A stretch of DNA of 64,000 bases from Camelus ferus (GCF_009834535.1 NC_045696.1:15006001-15070000), one strand, 5' to 3'. Counted from the first letter of the stretch, positions 36,545-49,689 are shown. Numbers and translations are program-made. The notes: generated by a model from the sequence alone, not told the origin.

Positions 36545-37780
36545 AAGAAGATATTTCAGATTTCTAAGAAGATTACTTAAAAGCTTATTTAACAAGGAAA
36601 GGAGAATGAGGTTTACAACAAAGTTTCCTGTTCTACCAACATAGAAGCTAAAATTCAGTGGTAGAGCATTTACAGTATTTTGACAGATCAAGGCAGCAAT
36701 ACCCAAATTATTCATATAAAAAGCAACAGAAACAAGTAATTTCTGAGTATATTATTTGCAGAAGTAATCCAATGAAAAGAAAATTAAATCTTTTGACAAC
36801 TTGAAAATATAAAAGAAAAAATGAGGAGAAACATTCATTAGAGGACTGCTCATGAATCATAAAGTGATTATAAACTACAAAACTAATAAGATAACATGCT
36901 ATGTTAATACTTAAATACAAGAATGAAAGAAAATATTGTTTATAGCTCAATCATTGCCTGGGAATAAAATTATGAATTTTTACAATTATTGACACTTTTA
37001 CAATTACTGACTTTGAAGGAGAAAAGGAACAGGAAATGATTGTTTATTTTATAATCCTGGCAAAGAAAAACTAAATATGAGTTAAGAACATAAAAACTAG
37101 TAATGATACATCCCCAGTGACTGAGGAAATCAGTCAAATTTAAGTTGTACCATCATTAAGTGACAAAAGAGAAAATACAAAAAAAATAACTGGACATAAA
37201 ATAATAGAATAATCCAAGAAATATTCTCACCATTAAAGTGAATGTGGTGGATTCTACAGTTTTAAGAAATCTTAAATCAGATTTTAAAAATCCACTTTGA
37301 AAAATCTCATGGAAAGACACTTTGAAGGATATTAAAAAAGTTGAAAATTGGAGGGTGGTCAGAGTTTTAGAGAGCACATGTAAATGCAAACACAAGAAAT
37401 AGAGTAGCATTGCTTATCTAAGAAAATGGAATTTAAGCCAAAAGCTTTACATGAAACTATGATAGATACTTTATAACTATAAAATGTAGAAATCATATAG
37501 AAGATATAAATAGCACAAAATGTAATGAGCTGAATAGTGCAGCTTAAAAACATCTCAAGGAAAAATATAGTTTAAGAAGTTCTATCTCACAAATTCTTAA
37601 TGATAATGAAAGAATTACCACAGTCTTCTTAGATATCAATAGATATCTTAGATATTCAATATCAATGGATTTTATATTCTCTGAGTAAACATAGTCAAAT
37701 TAGAAGCTGACAACAAAATATGGGAGAAAAATGATAGACCTAAATAGGACTGATGGAGGATTGATTGATGATGAATCATT

Positions 37781-37824
37781 AGGTAGGTGGGTAGGTGGGT
37801 GGATGGATGGACAGATGGATAGAT
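37781..37824. repeat. (GGTA/GGTG/GGAT)n compound tetranucleotide repeat
   Basis: Directly visible. Confidence 0.8.
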
Positions 37825-39715
37825 AAACAGATAATGACAATTTCTATCAATTTCTTTTTAAAACAACAGTCTTCCAATTAACTCATGAGTTAAAGATAAA
37901 ATTAATACTATAAACACTATTACAGAAAGATTATTTAAAAATGAGCATGTTACATTTCAAAAACTATGTAATGCAGCTAAGACAGTTATTAAGGTAAAAT
38001 TAGTCTTAAATATATTTATAAAAACAAACAAAATGGAAAATTACTGAATATAAGCATCCCACAAAACATTTATGGAAACACAAAATTCTAACATTTTATA
38101 AAGATTTAAATCGAAATGGTTACAAACATTTGTGTTCAGTCTACCATGTTTCAGTTGAAGTAATTTCATTAGATTAAATAATCTTTGCCAAAATTTGTTA
38201 CCCAAAAGAAAAAGGAATGGTAACCTAGATGTCCTGTAATTTCACATGCTCATGCTACACACACACAAACACACATACCCTCCTCTGTTTTCCAATAGTT
38301 TGTGAAATAAGGGCAACTGATTTACTTTCTGCTGCATTATTTTTATATATTTTAATTTTCCTGTAATCAGAATACTACTTTCATTATCTAGATTTTAGGG
38401 TAAACCTATTTAATATAAGCTAAAAAAACTTTGTTGAAGAAAACAGAAATCTTGCTCTGCAAAATGGGAAAGCTGATTTAATTTTAGAAAGATAATTTTT
38501 TTCTATAATTTTAGGATCTTAGGATCTCCCTATTTACCAAGGTTTTTAAAGGCGATATGAATTTCTGTAATTAAATGAATATTCATCTCTGAATGTTGCT
38601 GATGGGGAAAAACTGAGATAAACTCAAGGACCATGTTGCCATTGCCTGCAGGGTCCTTCACCAGAGCTATGTACACAGGACAGTGTTGATTCATTTACAG
38701 TGATATAAACACCACATTCTAGCTAGGGTGAGATACTTTCAATTGGGTTAACTTTTTGAGTCATAGTCAAATAAAAAGGTGAGATACCGGCTTTCAGAGA
38801 CTCCACACATTTTATCTGTTTCTTGAAATGTAGTATTCTCTTTCATCTATAAGCAATATTTGAAGAAATAAATGAGATTCCTCCTTCCCTTGTTTTAACG
38901 CAGTGCCTTCCTCCTCTTTTTTTTTTTTTTTTGGTTTGTTTGTTTATTGTATTTTGTTTATTCTTAATTTTGCTTTCCCTAGGGAGCACCTAATGCTTGC
39001 AAGGACCTCTTAGTAAGTACATGAGGGTGGAACAGCTTTTAGCAGAGAGAATTATCCAGGTAAAAATCAATGCCATGCTTTCATTCAAAGCACTTTCCTA
39101 ATGTTTTTCACCACAAATTTTTGAAAGTTCCATTTGGGAATTATTTTTGTGTAAACTGGATGTGCTTTTTCAGTGCCAGGAATGACAAAGGTTAAATTAA
39201 GGCACCCAGCTGTTTCCCACATGCTGGGCTTAGAGAGGACAGTGTCCAGCTTCCTTCCCCTGCTGATTCCACCCACCCCCATATTCTTATCTCCTCCCAC
39301 CCCCTCACCCTCCGCCCCCCATTCCCACAATGAGAAGCCCTGGCTTGGTCTCAGTGACCTGGGGTAACTGCCATGAAGCAGGTTTCGATAAGAGACAGGA
39401 TGTACGCTGCTTCCCATCAAATAACATTGGATTCAAAATACACTGTCCCTTCGCCTACACCAGGCATAGCACTAAATGCCTGCACATGACCATCTCATCA
39501 ATTTCACAATTACCCGTTTAGGGAAATATATCAACAAGCAATAAATGAAACCGTGAAAAGATGAAGAAAATCCCCATGATCAAATTCCCAGAAGGGTCAC
39601 ATTAGCAGACGTTTGGTAGAGGGAAGAATTTTGATGTCAATTTTTTTTTTGACCCAACATCTTATATTTTTTTCACCATGTCTCAAATATCAAACATATC
39701 TTTGCTGGTTCTCAG

Positions 39716-39862
39716 ATGTAGATGGCCACTAGTGAGGACTGGAAAGAGGACTCGAAAGAATGGCCAGTCCCCATTTGACAGAGAAGGAAATAGGAACTTC
39801 AGACCTAAATTCGGTCAATGGTCTAAATGGGCTTGCAATTGGATTCTTCTCAACCGCCTCAG
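39716..39862 (+). other. Candidate internal exon (147 nt)
   Basis: tctttgctggttctcag|ATGTAG...CCTCAG|gtaagg; one open frame (phase 2-2); peptide not recognised. Confidence 0.3.
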
Positions 39863-40599
39863 GTAAGGAATCCAGGTATCCTCATACCTTGAGTTTGACC
39901 TCTCAGTCTAGGGAACAATGATGCAGAATTGAATGATACAGGTAACTGAATTTTGGCCCCGAAGCAAACACACCTAAATTCCAAACCTAAATCTTAAAAA
40001 TGAACAAATATCTTAAATAAACCACTTAACATCTGTGGGCTCCCTGTCTTCTTTTCACTCATGAAATCCACATTATAATTATAATAATCCTTTGGCTAAA
40101 AGAGTCGGTATTCATGTAAGAGAAGAAATGTATGCAATTTCTCTTCCCTTACTTTTTTAGAAAAATTTTAAGGGGAAGCAAAAATTACTCAAATCAATAA
40201 CCTGTTATTGATTTTAAAAATCCTGACACATAGCATCTTTCCCCTTTGAAAGCATCAACTGTAGTATCATGGCGTGAAATTATCTTTGTGCATTTTGAGC
40301 TCTCCTCCCCTGAGTAGACACCTTCCCCTAATCTAGGTAAATCTAGGAACACATCACATGCAAGGAGCATTTCATCAGGGAAATCAAAGTACTGGAAATA
40401 TCAGTGAAAAATGCAATATGTTTGAATTGCTTTTATTGAGAGGTTCTGATAAAGAATTTTCCCAGCCACCATCATTGATTTTAAGATGACTGAGCTAAGT
40501 TGAAACATTCTGGTCATGGAGTGAGCAGAACCAGGGGTGTTGTTGGGCCCCATCTGAGAAATCACTGTCCCAACATTACACGAGACCTTAATCAGACTT

Positions 40600-40812
40600 A
40601 ATACTTGTGCCAAGCTGTTCCTGCAGCTCTGAGCTCATCAGCTGACCACAGCTGGAATTTGCGAGCTGCTGGAAAGCTGGGAAGAGAGAGCAGCGGGCTC
40701 TGGAGTTTTCTGCAGCTTGGAGGAAGCCTGCTATTGGCAAAGGTGATGGTATGGCAAGTACTTTGATACTGACAACCTAGGTTCAGCTCTCTTGGCAAAA
40801 TTCTGCCAAACG
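40600..40812. promoter_or_regulatory. Candidate enhancer (E-box / NFI / RUNX cluster)
   Basis: CAGCTG at 40639 and 40649, GACCACA between them, TGCCAA/TTGGCA half-sites at 40608, 40734, 40792 and 40804. Confidence 0.35.
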
Positions 40813-42170
40813 AGACTCAAAAAGTTCAAAATGCATCACTTGGAATAATTAAGGCCAGGGAGGATCGATTTTATAAGGAGAGAGTAAAGCAATTTATATG
40901 AATTTCTTGGCTATGCAAACATGAAATGAGAAGATGAAAATTATCAATTAATACTTGAAAAGTCTAAGTTATTGGGATGGACGTGGCAATGTTAAGTAAT
41001 CAACTAAACATGGTAATATGATGCCATACACCTAACAAAAGTTAAGATAAGTAAACATAAAAATCTAAGTCATTTCAAAGGTTAAAAAAAACTACCCTAA
41101 AAGGTCCACAAAGCATAAGCACTTTATTCTCCTATTAAGGAAACTCTTAGAGGAGATAATTCGACTCTCTAACTTTTAGTGTCTCTGAGATAGTCCAAAA
41201 AATGTAAACATAATGGCACTTTTGAGACTGACAGACCCTATGTGGGTACTACATGTATGCAGTCAGCATGCATCATCGGTAAGCCAGGACGCATTTGGAG
41301 GGAAAGCTGATTCATTATGCCCACAGGCACTCGGAGAACATGCTATTGGTATTTCCAGACAAGTTGAAAGCAGACCCAGTCAACTGACATGAACATCGTT
41401 AGCAAACTATTGCCGAGAAGGGGATCATGTGTCCTTGGAAAAAGGGTTTGCTTCATCATTTCTTCCCCAAAACTGACGGCAAAGTAGACTTATTTCCCTC
41501 CTCATTCTGTTCCAGTGCAAAATTCCTCATCATTACGGGGGAGTGGAGGATTTGCTGATGTGAAAATTCCATTCTTTCCTGACTTTCTACAATTTCCTCA
41601 ACATATGAAAGAACAGTGGACAACCACATCCAAGAGTGAGTTCCCACCACAAAGCAAAATTTCATGACCACAGGTCCAAAAACAAGTTTTTACCTCTTCC
41701 TCCTCCTCCCAAGAGTTCAATTCCATTGGTTACGTCATAAGCCATGATGGAACATGGTGGTGGTTTTTCTTGGGTAATCTGTTTGTGAGAACTTGCAAAA
41801 TGGTCCTCGAATTAACATGCCACACCTTATTGAAAATTTAAGGAAAAAAGCCTTTGGCTTCCAAGTAAAGATGAAGTAGAAAAGAAATTGATTTTAAGTA
41901 TATAAATGTTTATATGGGAATACATGAGCATGTATGTATTTTTACTCAGCAACCTCAGTTTTTCAGATTGCTTTGAACTCCTGTAGTTGACACTTCATGC
42001 CATGTTTCATAGTGTTTGTCCTACTTGTGCATCAGTCATCAGCCAAAGGGACTTGGAGCTACATAGTTAGTATCTAAGAATGTTGTACTCAATTTAACAT
42101 GGTGTTACACCAAGGGATTCCACATCCTTCCTCAGTGCAGTGCTGTTCTGACAAAGAGAATATCCAATCA

Positions 42171-42480
42171 ATTTTATATAGTGCTGTTATGAACATCAGG
42201 TGCATGTATCTTTCTGAATTAGAGTTCTCTCCAGATATATGCCCAGGAATGGGATTGCTGGATCACATGGTAAGTCTATTTTTAGTTTTTTGAGGAATCT
42301 CCATACTGTTTTCCACAGTGGCTGCACCAAACTACATTCCCACCAGCTGTGTAGGAGGGTTCCCTTCTCTCCACAGCCTCTCCAGCCTTTATTGTTTGTG
42401 GACATTTTAATGATGCCCATTCTGACTGGTGTGAGGTGACGCCTCATTGCAGTTTTGATTTGCATTTCTCTGATAGTTAG
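42171..42480 (-). mobile_element. Internal LINE-1 ORF2 fragment (Cys-rich C-terminal region), no 3'UTR or polyA
   Basis: ORF 42196-42465 (-): [16 protein letters not shown]...[50 protein letters not shown], clearly L1 ORF2p. Confidence 0.95.
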
Positions 42481-45400
42481 ATTTTCTTTATTTGCTAAAG
42501 TTGTGCAAATTCATCTTTTCTTTGAGGTCCTTTCTTCCAACTCTTCCATTTGGGGAGATAGAGAGAGAACATTTCAGGATTTCAGGACTTCAGAAAGTGG
42601 AATGAGAGAGTCATACCTTTTTTTCACAAAGGTAAAGTATTCTTCCTTATAAAAGGACCATCAGCATGGTAATAATGGATTATAATGGCCCCATGTTATT
42701 TACATGTGAAAGAGATGACCACATATCTCACAAATTAATATCCATATTCTTTACAATAACCTTCCTTAAAAATGACTTTTAAACTTCCACTAGAGAACAA
42801 ATATCCTAGATTTTATTTATTGAAATGTGTGACTCACAGCACAGGTCCTCTTGACCTGTGAGCTCTGGTACTAAGTTTGCCCTGCATTTATTTTTTCTCC
42901 CCACCTACATCTTCATCTACATGGTTTTTCCTGTCATTATGCATGGATTGTTTAAAAACTGCCCCAAGTTCTTTCCAAAGCCAGTTAATTATCTTGTTTC
43001 AACACCAGAAATATATATTGTAATATGGTCAGAATTTCATTATTATGTCAAAATATTCTTACCCTGAGAGAGAGAAAAAATTGTATGGGGATAACAAAAT
43101 CTCCAGTTACTCTGAAATATGAGCCTTACTATCTTGTTGCTCCACAAAGTTATTAATCTCCTTGAAGACAGGAGTGCTCATTTTTTTACCCCCTGCTTGC
43201 ATGTGGCCCAGAGTTTGTCAATTGCTTCGTTTTAAGATTTGAAAATTATCACATAATACTTAAAATATACCTTTTTTTTTGTAATTTTAAGTTACTTTTT
43301 AAGTTACATTCCAAAATACTACAGTAAAAGAAAAAAAAAGGCACTGTACTGAAATATTTTCAAGGCCTTAACTGCCTTTCCTTTTGGTTACTTGGCTTTG
43401 ATTTTGTTGTTGTTCATTTTGTGTGTATATGTTTTGTCTTTCACGGCATGCACATGCTACTGCTCTTTTTAAATGTCCCATGCTTTACTGCCTTTAGAGA
43501 AATTTGAATATGTTATGTGTTTATATGTTTGAGTCATCACAACTACCATAGATTAATATTAAAGAAATACATAATCAAGTTAACTCTCTTCAAATAAAAA
43601 TTGTAATTCTAATATTAGAGTTCATTTCCTTCATATACTAACTTTCCTGGAAAAAGAAAAAGCTGAGTACATCATTATTCCAGCAGACTTGTACTGTTTT
43701 CCAAAGCTTATTCTTAGAAGACATGCCAAAGATGTTTTGGATCAAAGTTTGATAAATATTTTTTGAGGGCTGGGTTAGTCTAATAAAGATTAATGAGTAC
43801 TGAATTGCATTTTTTTTTTTGCTGAATTTGGGCAAACCTCTTAACCAATTTAGATATCCATTTCCTCTTTGGTAAAATAAGAGATGGGATGCCTGACCCC
43901 TTTTTGAAATCTATTATTTAAAAATAATAGATGTACTGAGTTACTAAAGTAAGGCCATAATTCTTAAAGTAAGTTTCCTTCAGAAGTTGTTTTAAATATA
44001 CCATATTAATTTCAATGGAAAATATGCCAAAGAATATCATTACTATCTTTCAATATCAATCATAATAATTATTATTTAATTCTAAAATTATGTATACAGA
44101 GATTGAGAAAATTTTAACACAGTTTTAAGATCAAGTACATTGTTAATTCAAGGAGAAGTCTGATCAAAAATTCTTCCTAAAGCCAAGAGAATTCCAACTA
44201 TGACCACAGTACATTCAGAAATCTCAGGATGCTAAGAACCCTCCAAACTGAGCATTCACATAGGTTGGGGTAAGAAGGAGGGGGAGTAAGTTCTTTCTCC
44301 AACTTCCGATTGGAAAATAATTTTTGTAGTCGGTGGTAAGTGATAAAATTTCAAAATGCAGGATATTAGCTATCCACATTTTGAAATGTAACCACAATAT
44401 TCCAGGTTTAGGAAAACAACCATGCATAATAATGTCTCAAGACCACAGACAGATGCAAATAGGAGCCATCTCAGGGCCAAACACTTTTTCCCACGCTTCA
44501 CAGTGGACGTCCTTTGTGTAACGGTCTCACCTAGGAGGCACTGCACCACACAACCAAGCATAAGAACGTTATGCTAGATTTCTGTAGTCCTCATCCGGTT
44601 TTTGTACCTCCTACATGTCAGATCTTGCTATGTTTTCATTATTATTATTTAATCTTAACCATCTGATTCCAGTTATATCAAATGATGTACCAAGAACAAA
44701 CCCAAAATCTCTTTCCCTGCTCACGTTATTTGTCCCCTCAGAAGGTCCACGTGTATCCTGCTTGGTATCTTCTTGACAACTAATTTGAGCACAAATAAAT
44801 CCCCACCCCAGAAAAACTAATTGTTCTTTCACTGATGATCCCTTAGCACACTAAGAAAGAAATTATGCAAAGAGAAAAGACGATGCAATAATGCCCTGGG
44901 CAGCCAGTATTTACAGTAAACAAAACACTAATATTTTGTCTCTCTTCTTCATATTATTAAAAATAATGTTAATATGGACCTTTATATCTCTTTCCTTGCT
45001 TTATCCATATGTGTATGTATCTCCATAAACAATAAATAGTATTATTTTATAATATTACAGTGATAATATTTTTATAAGGACCTATAATAATCTACTTATA
45101 TACCCAACAACCTTAAAAAGTTGTAAACAATGAAGTCAGGTTCCATTTTTTTTTACAATTTTTTATACCCAGACACCAGCATATTAGATACTTTATTACA
45201 ATCAAATAGAAGGATGGATGGATGGATGAATGAATGAGAATACATTCATTCTTTAGGTTCTTTCTAGATATGAATTATGCTAACTGCTAAGAAGCCAGAG
45301 AAGGGTTATTAATAGTTGTATCAATCTGTGTATAATAAATTAAACAGAATAATCTTCCTGAAATACATAACCTTAATATTTTAATTAAAAAATTTGTATT

Positions 45401-45560
45401 TTATTCACTCTAGAATTCACTTGCTTTATGTACTTTCCTTTTGAGAGACAAAACAGGTAAGCTTTCTAGATAGAATACTAAAAATTTTATTACATCTTTA
45501 TTACAATTAAGTTTCAGTGTATCTTCACCTTCCCCATAATCCTTTTCAGATGTTTAGAAT

Positions 45561-46113
45561 TGTTAGATAAATGGGGACACTAATCAGATCAGGTGGAAGA
45601 GAGGGAGGGTGGTCCAGAAGACAGTGATATGCCCGCTTTCAGCATAAGGGGCTTCACTTCCTCTAAATGAGTGCCAGCAAGAAACCGGTTAGAACCCATC
45701 AGCTGTGACTGCACAGTAGTGACAAGGACCTAACTGGACGTGACTCAGTGCTCATTGTAATACAATTAGCATTATGGTTTAGCCTCCCTGCCACCCTCCT
45801 CCCTGGGTTTTTCTGTGTGCATCATGGCTGAGGACATGTGCGAAAGGGGATGGGCATGACTAAGTACTCCGTAGGCAACAGCCATCAATCAATCAAGACA
45901 CCACCTCTAAGCAAGGGTATAAGAGAAGGGACAAAGACCACTGCTAGCCTCTCTTGGATCAGCCCTCCTCCTGCTCTCGGAGGTGTACTTTCACTTTGCT
46001 AATAAAATCTTTAAAATCTTTCACTGCACAATGCTTTTGTCTCCTGTCTGGATTCTCCCCTTTCGGGCAAGACAAGAACTGAGGCTTTTTTCCCTTCCCC
46101 TCTTGGGGTAACA
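45561..46113 (+). mobile_element. ERV1 solo LTR, MER41-related
   Basis: Termini TGTTA...TAACA; flanks gaat/gaag (3 of 4 TSD match); TATAAG 45918; AATAAA 46001; 'gacctaactggacgtgactcagtgctcattgtaatacaattagcat' and 'caagaac...tcttggggtaaca' resemble MER41. Confidence 0.8.
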
Positions 46114-46165
46114 GAAGCACCAGGCTCCTTCCTAAGGGAAAACTGTACTGAGAAACCCAGATTGG

Positions 46166-46619
46166 TGTCTTGGATCAGGTTCATTCGAAGGAGTCGTAAA
46201 GATGAGGGTTCACTTGCAAGAGATTTATTCAGAAAATACTCCCAGTGGAGGCTTGAAGGGAGCAGACGGAGCAGGACAGAGGAGCAGGAGAAGCCCAAGC
46301 AAGTGTGTATCTTCAGGAAAGTTCCCAGTCTCAGCCTGATCGTGCAGAGGGATTTTGCACTTTAACCTTATCTCAGTTTACCGTGAGATAAGAATTTCTC
46401 CTTCTCAGGACCAGTCCTTGATTGTACTAAGGATCACACCAGCACTTCCAAGTCCCTCTGCCTGCAGGCAAACGGCTCCAGGAGCCTGAGAACTGCCTTC
46501 TGAGGTTGGCTATGAGCGTAAGCCATTAGATCCAACACACAGAGAGAGTTCATGAGCTTATAGACCCAGAAAGAGCAATCAGAGAGACCCAGCATGGAGC
46601 ACTGATGGTGTTTGCAACA
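46166..46619 (-). mobile_element. ERVL LTR (LTR16-like)
   Basis: 'tgtcttggatcaggttc...cttgcaagagatttatt...aagcccaagcaag...cccagtctcagcctgatc...gcaaca'. Confidence 0.7.
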
Positions 46620-47568
46620 AATAGTAGCCTGTAATCAGTATTAGATTGACCACTGTTAGTAGATATGCTAAACAACTGCAAACTGGTTAAATTTAAGAAG
46701 CTCATTCCCCAAGAGAGAAAAACGCAAGTGTTTAAATGATAATAGGAAATAATTTGTATTGATGTGAAAATATCCTCACTAAATAACACTTGTTAAAAAA
46801 AAGCAGGTTACAAAACAAATTATGTGGTAGCATCACATTAAATTTTAACTTAACCACTTGACAGGCGAAATACAAATATATCACCAATGATGGAATGATA
46901 ATGCTTCTCATTATTATTTTGCTTAAAAATTTTTGTATACAAGATGTAAGAGTGTTACAGTATTTTTTTTATAATTTGATTTTGAAATTCAGCAACTTAT
47001 GTCACAATTTAGAAACAGATAAAGTGGGCATGATCTCCACATGAGATTCAATCTTTAACAGGAGACAACACAGAAGGAGGTAATTCAGACCGTCATAATT
47101 GGAAGAAGTTGAGGCCCAAAGTAAGTTTCCAATGCATTTTTAACATACACACTGGCATTAGGCAGGTACAGTTAAGGTCATCAGCTTGATCGATCAGTTA
47201 AAAGCTTACTGGCTGAATATGAATCCTTTCCTTAGAGGAAGATTCCAGTTCTGGGGCTGAAATTTATCAAATCCCTCGCGGGACACTGTTTTCTTCACTT
47301 CTGTTCCAGAATTTGGGACAGTGCTCCAGTTTTAAAGAAGAATAAGCATTCTTAGAAAATACCACTCGATACTTAGGAAGGGTCTGTACACAGACCTGGG
47401 CCTACAAAAGAGGTAAATACATAGTGCAGACAACTGTCACTATGAACGAACTAGGGTCTTATCTAAGGGCACCCAGCCTTTCGGTGTGAATCAGACCTGT
47501 ACTATACTGTCGCCTTCTCCAAGGTCACTGGGACTTGTGATTTCAAGTTTTCCAAGTTGAATTAACTT

Positions 47569-48060
47569 GTGTGTTAGACCTCCTTCCATTACAATTAATA
47601 GAAAACACAACTCAAATCACCTTAAGTAAACAACCACAGCAAAAATAAAAGGCAGAATTTATCAGGATAGCTGGAAAGCGTGGGGGGTGTGGGGGTCAGT
47701 TAAGACTTTCAAGCTTCAGTTTCATTCTATGTCCTGGCTCTATATAGAGAACCTTTTCTGTTTGCTCTGTTTTCCGGCAGGCCTCCCATCCCCAGTGACA
47801 AGATTCCTGCAAAATAATCCAGAAATACACCCTATATTTCTAGCATCTCTTAATAGAAAGGAAAATTTGCTTTTTCTAACAGTTCTCTAAAGTCTAGCAG
47901 TTGAGTCTCACTGCTCTGTGTTGGATACCACGTCCTTCCCAGAACAATCACTGTGATCATGGGGCTGCAAAGCTCTGACGTCAGTGGATGCTCGGTAGAA
48001 TCAATGGCATCCAAAACCTGTAGATGGAAGATGTCTAAGAATGGTAAGCACTGGAGGGAA
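47569..48060 (-). mobile_element. MaLR LTR (MLT1K/L-like)
   Basis: 'tgtgttagac...agaaaacacaactcaaatcaccttaagtaaa...gaatttat', 'agaacaatcactgtg'. Confidence 0.6.
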
Positions 48061-49399
48061 ATCAGAACACTTTGTCCAGCAGGGCAAATGAAACCTGGTG
48101 AGCACATATTTTTCAAATATGCTTCCTCTCGCGTGAAATTGGAACAGAGAATGGAATGATACTAAACTTCCTCCGGAGGGACATCAAAGAATCAAGTTGA
48201 TGAGGCAAAGAAGGAGGCAATAAGGCATTGTTGACAATAGCTTCTGTTATTTATAAATTAAAAAAAAAAACAGAATGTTAACTATTTTGGGAGCAGGTTG
48301 ACAAATATATATTTTATTGCTTTGTGTTTGTTTGTTTTCTGTTTCCTGGAGTATGATTCATCCAAGATGCTTTTAGTGAATAAATGTAAAGCCATTTTCT
48401 TTATCAAACCCATCTCCATCTTCATTGTAAAGTTTAAGAAGTACAGTACTTGAGCTCTTGGATGCTGCTTGCAAAGAGCAGATGAAGACTACTGAACACA
48501 GCCCTACTTTTTTTTAAGATACTGCACTTTCAGTACTGCTATTTTTTTATTAAAATTGTGTTTTAAAAGATATACACTTTGCCCCTCCATAACGTTTTCA
48601 TTTATATATACTTAATTACATGAATTCATGGTTAGAGATTTAATGTTCCAGTTTTAAAACAATTATTACTGTTTGATTTGAAATAAGTTAGTTTATATAT
48701 TGAGTTTTAACACTATGCTTACTATCATACCCAAAAACAGATCATAACTGATGCCTTCTCCAGACCCAGGGAGCATTGGTACTAATGGAAGAGTAGAATC
48801 AAAAGAATTATTATTTAGTATTATTGAATGCAAATACACATAACAATGTATAACTGTCCCTCACCTTCATCTCTCGTTTTTTTTCTTTAGTGGATTAACC
48901 ATCAACCTTGCCCTTTCCTTATCAAACCTAAGAAGGGAAGGGCAAAGGGTTCTTCATTGACCAAAGAAATATGTCTGTCGAAAATATGTTTTTATCATAT
49001 AGAGTGATAAAATGTGTATAATTCTACACTTCATTAACTAGTTTAAACAGTCTTTAGCTTATTGACCCAGAGGAGGTTTCCATTACATGGGCGACCAGCA
49101 TCTAGATGTTTAGAGCTGGGTGTAGAACCAGTGCTTAGGTTTGGGTACTTCCGATAAGGAAGTTGTGGAATGCAATTCCAATGGGTTTTTCCATGAAAAT
49201 GACTATTGTTTTAGGTGACTGAAAATTCAATATAAGGTAAAAATATTTAATAAATCATACATGAATGAAAATGTAGTATCAGTAATTCTAAGTGATGAAT
49301 GTGGATGGTTTGGGAAGGAGGGAGACTGGATCCTTCACCTATTTAATTCTGTCCAGCAGGGTGGACTGAGTAGTTAAAATGGGCAGAAACAATGTCAAT

Positions 49400-49670
49400 T
49401 CAATAGTTGTTAAAGGAATGGAGAATACATAGCCTGGAAAATAGCAGGGTTATTCTAACATCTTTAGATGACCCCTGACTATATATGGCTATTTGCAGGA
49501 GGAGGAATAGACTACTTCTGGGAAGCTCAAAACCACACTGAGAAGCACAGATGAGAAAAAAAAGAAGGGCATTTTATTGAAGAAAAGTAACTAGCAACTA
49601 TATACCAGTTCAGCCATGGAAGGTGCTGGTTTGGAAGTTAATAGGTTTCCCAGAACTGGAAGAAATAGAC
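49400..49670 (+). mobile_element. L3/CR1 3' fragment
   Basis: 'aaggaatggagaatacatagcctggaaaa...ggaggaggaatagactacttctg...cagccatggaa...tttcccagaactggaag' is colinear with the L3 3' end. Confidence 0.6.
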
Positions 49671-49689
49671 AAAGAAACTCGTATTCATT

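Larger units (their letters stand above)
35930..38070 (+). mobile_element. Very old L1M ORF1/ORF2 endonuclease-region remnant
   Basis: Strongly A-skewed; L1-like phrases 'gtgatttggaaga', 'ataattggaggtccaga', 'aaaactatgtaatgcagctaagacagtt'; no intact frame. Confidence 0.6.

Noticed and set aside
40613..40720. AGCT density reminiscent of an immunoglobulin switch region
   Set aside because: Under 110 bp, not tandem, no GGGGT units and no Ig exons nearby
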